The position numbers and the translations under genes are program-made. Shown in pieces: positions 62,274-64,000 of a stretch of 64,000 bases of DNA. The first letter of the stretch is position 1, and each line of letters opens with the position of its first letter. The DNA comes from Malacoraja senta (taxonomy: Eukaryota), in assembly GCA_038087875.1 (NCBI GenBank), contig JAXLNO010000362.1, positions 62,001-126,000 of the forward strand. Reading direction: 5' to 3'. The notes below the pieces were generated by a model, which did no database searches, was not told the DNA's origin, and worked only from the letters and a program-made list of their open reading frames with translations.

Positions 62274-64000
62274 GTGAGTAGACACACACTGTCATGTCTA
62301 TGTAAAGGCAGATGGTTTATTGGCCCATGAGAGTTGCTGGAATTCACTACACACCCACTCACACTCTTTCACACACACACATGAACATCATCTCTCACAC
62401 ACACACTCTGTCGCTCACACACTCACACTCACTCAAACACACACACATTCTCTCACAAACAATCGCCACACACACACGCTCTCTCTCTCTCTCTCTATCT
62501 CTATCTCACACACACACTCACTCACTCACTCAAACACACACACACACACACATCCTCAAGATCTTGGAGAAAACCCACGCAGGTCACGGGGAGAACGTGC
62601 AAACTCCGTACAGAAAGGCACCAGTGGTCAGGATTGAACCCGGGTCTCTGGCGCTGTGAGGCAGGAGCTCTACCCACTGCGCCACCATGCCGCCCACATC
62701 TACAGTCTTTTGTGTTCCCCACCTGTATGTAGCCTGTCTCACCTCTGCCTGACATTGTTGGATTATATTGGTCTTTCCACCCAGAAACCTTCAATGCCCC
62801 CCTCTATGTATCGTCACTCCTCACGTTGCTTAAACACAAAGTAGTGGAGCAACTCAGTGGGTCAGGCAGCATCTTTAGTCATATAGAGTCTTACAGCATG
62901 GTAACAGGCCCTTTGGCCCAACTTGCCCACACCGGCCAACGAGCCCCATCTACACTAGTCCCACCTGCCCTAATTCGGACCATATCCCTCCAAACAAGTC
63001 CTATCCATGTTACCTGTCCAACTGTTTTTTAAACGTTGCAATGGTCCCAGCCTCAATTACCTCCTCCGGCAGCTCATTCCTTATAAAAGGACTGGACAAG
63101 CTAGATGCAGGAAAAAAAATTCCAATGTTGGGCGAGTCCAGAACCACGGGCCACAGTCTTAGAATAAAGTGGAGGCCATTTAAGACTGAGATGAGAATAA
63201 ACTTTTTCACTCAGAGAGTTGTGAATTTATGGAATTCCCTGCCACAGAGGGCAGTGTAGGCCAAATCACTGGATGGATTTAAGAGACAGTTTGATAAAGC
63301 TCTAGGGGCTAGTGGAATCAAGGGATATGGGGAGAAGGCAGGCAGGGTTATTGATTGGGGATGATCAGCCATGATCACAATGAATGGCGGTGCTGGCTCG
63401 AAGGGCCGAATGACCTCCTCCTGCATCTATTTTCTATGTTCCATACACTCACCACCCTCTGCATGAAAACAGTTACCCCTCAGGATCCATTAAATCTTCT
63501 CCCCCTCATCTTAAACCTAAGTATAGAATCCTAGCGTGCTCAACCTCTCCCTGTAGTCTGAAGAAGGGTCTCGACCCGAAACGACACCCATTCCTTATCT
63601 CCAGAGATGCTGCCTGTCCCGCTGAGTTATTCCAGCTTTTTGTGTCTATGCGATTACAATAGTGTCATCCACTGTGTACACATACAAGATAAGGGAATAA
63701 CGTTTAGTGCAAGAAAAAGCCAGTAAAGTCCGATCAAAGATTAATTCGGGACTGCTCTCTGGTTGTGGTACGATGGTTCAGTTGCCTGATAACAGCTGGG
63801 AAGAAACTGTCCCTGAATCTGGAGGTATGCCTTTTCACACTTCTGTACCTCTTGACCGATGGGAGAGGGGAGAAGAGGGAGTTGCTGGGGAGCGACTCAT
63901 CCTTGATTATGGTGCTGGCCTTGCCAAAGCAGCGTGAGGTGTAGATAGAGTCAACCGCCCAACATGCCCCATCTACACTAGTCCCACATGCCTCCATTTG

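Overview
Eukaryotic, repeat-dense vertebrate DNA. The SINE, CR1 and hairpin repeat families suggest a cartilaginous fish such as a skate (inference). Most ORFs in the track are retroelement fragments or their antisense shadows. Main contents: (1) a large inverted segmental duplication (arms ~1-10819 and ~37731-46330). One arm later acquired a DIRS1 tyrosine-recombinase retrotransposon (5941-10646) and the other a Tc1 IR/DR transposon (44527-46132), so each arm preserves the other's empty site. (2) A locally triplicated and folded-back two-exon cassette (11.2-16.6 kb). Once a repeat insertion is removed, it encodes a signal peptide plus CxxC-x14-C-x8-C helical domain resembling IZUMO/SPACA6/TMEM95 gamete-fusion proteins. 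(3) An intact-looking orphan ITIM-bearing terminal exon (18443-18628). (4) Decayed C2H2 zinc-finger and B30.2/SPRY fragments and a PRDM9/SSX-type KRAB exon downstream of a CpG island. (5) A Siglec-like gene (leader, V-set, C2, C2; 59.1-62.3 kb) whose third Ig exon is frameshifted and split by a CR1 insertion. Also present: CR1, L2, Rex1/Babar, Tx1/L1 and Gypsy remnants, a TAG-ended DNA transposon, V-SINEs, hairpin repeats with hammerhead-like cores, and minisatellites. All family assignments come from motif recognition by eye; no searches were run.
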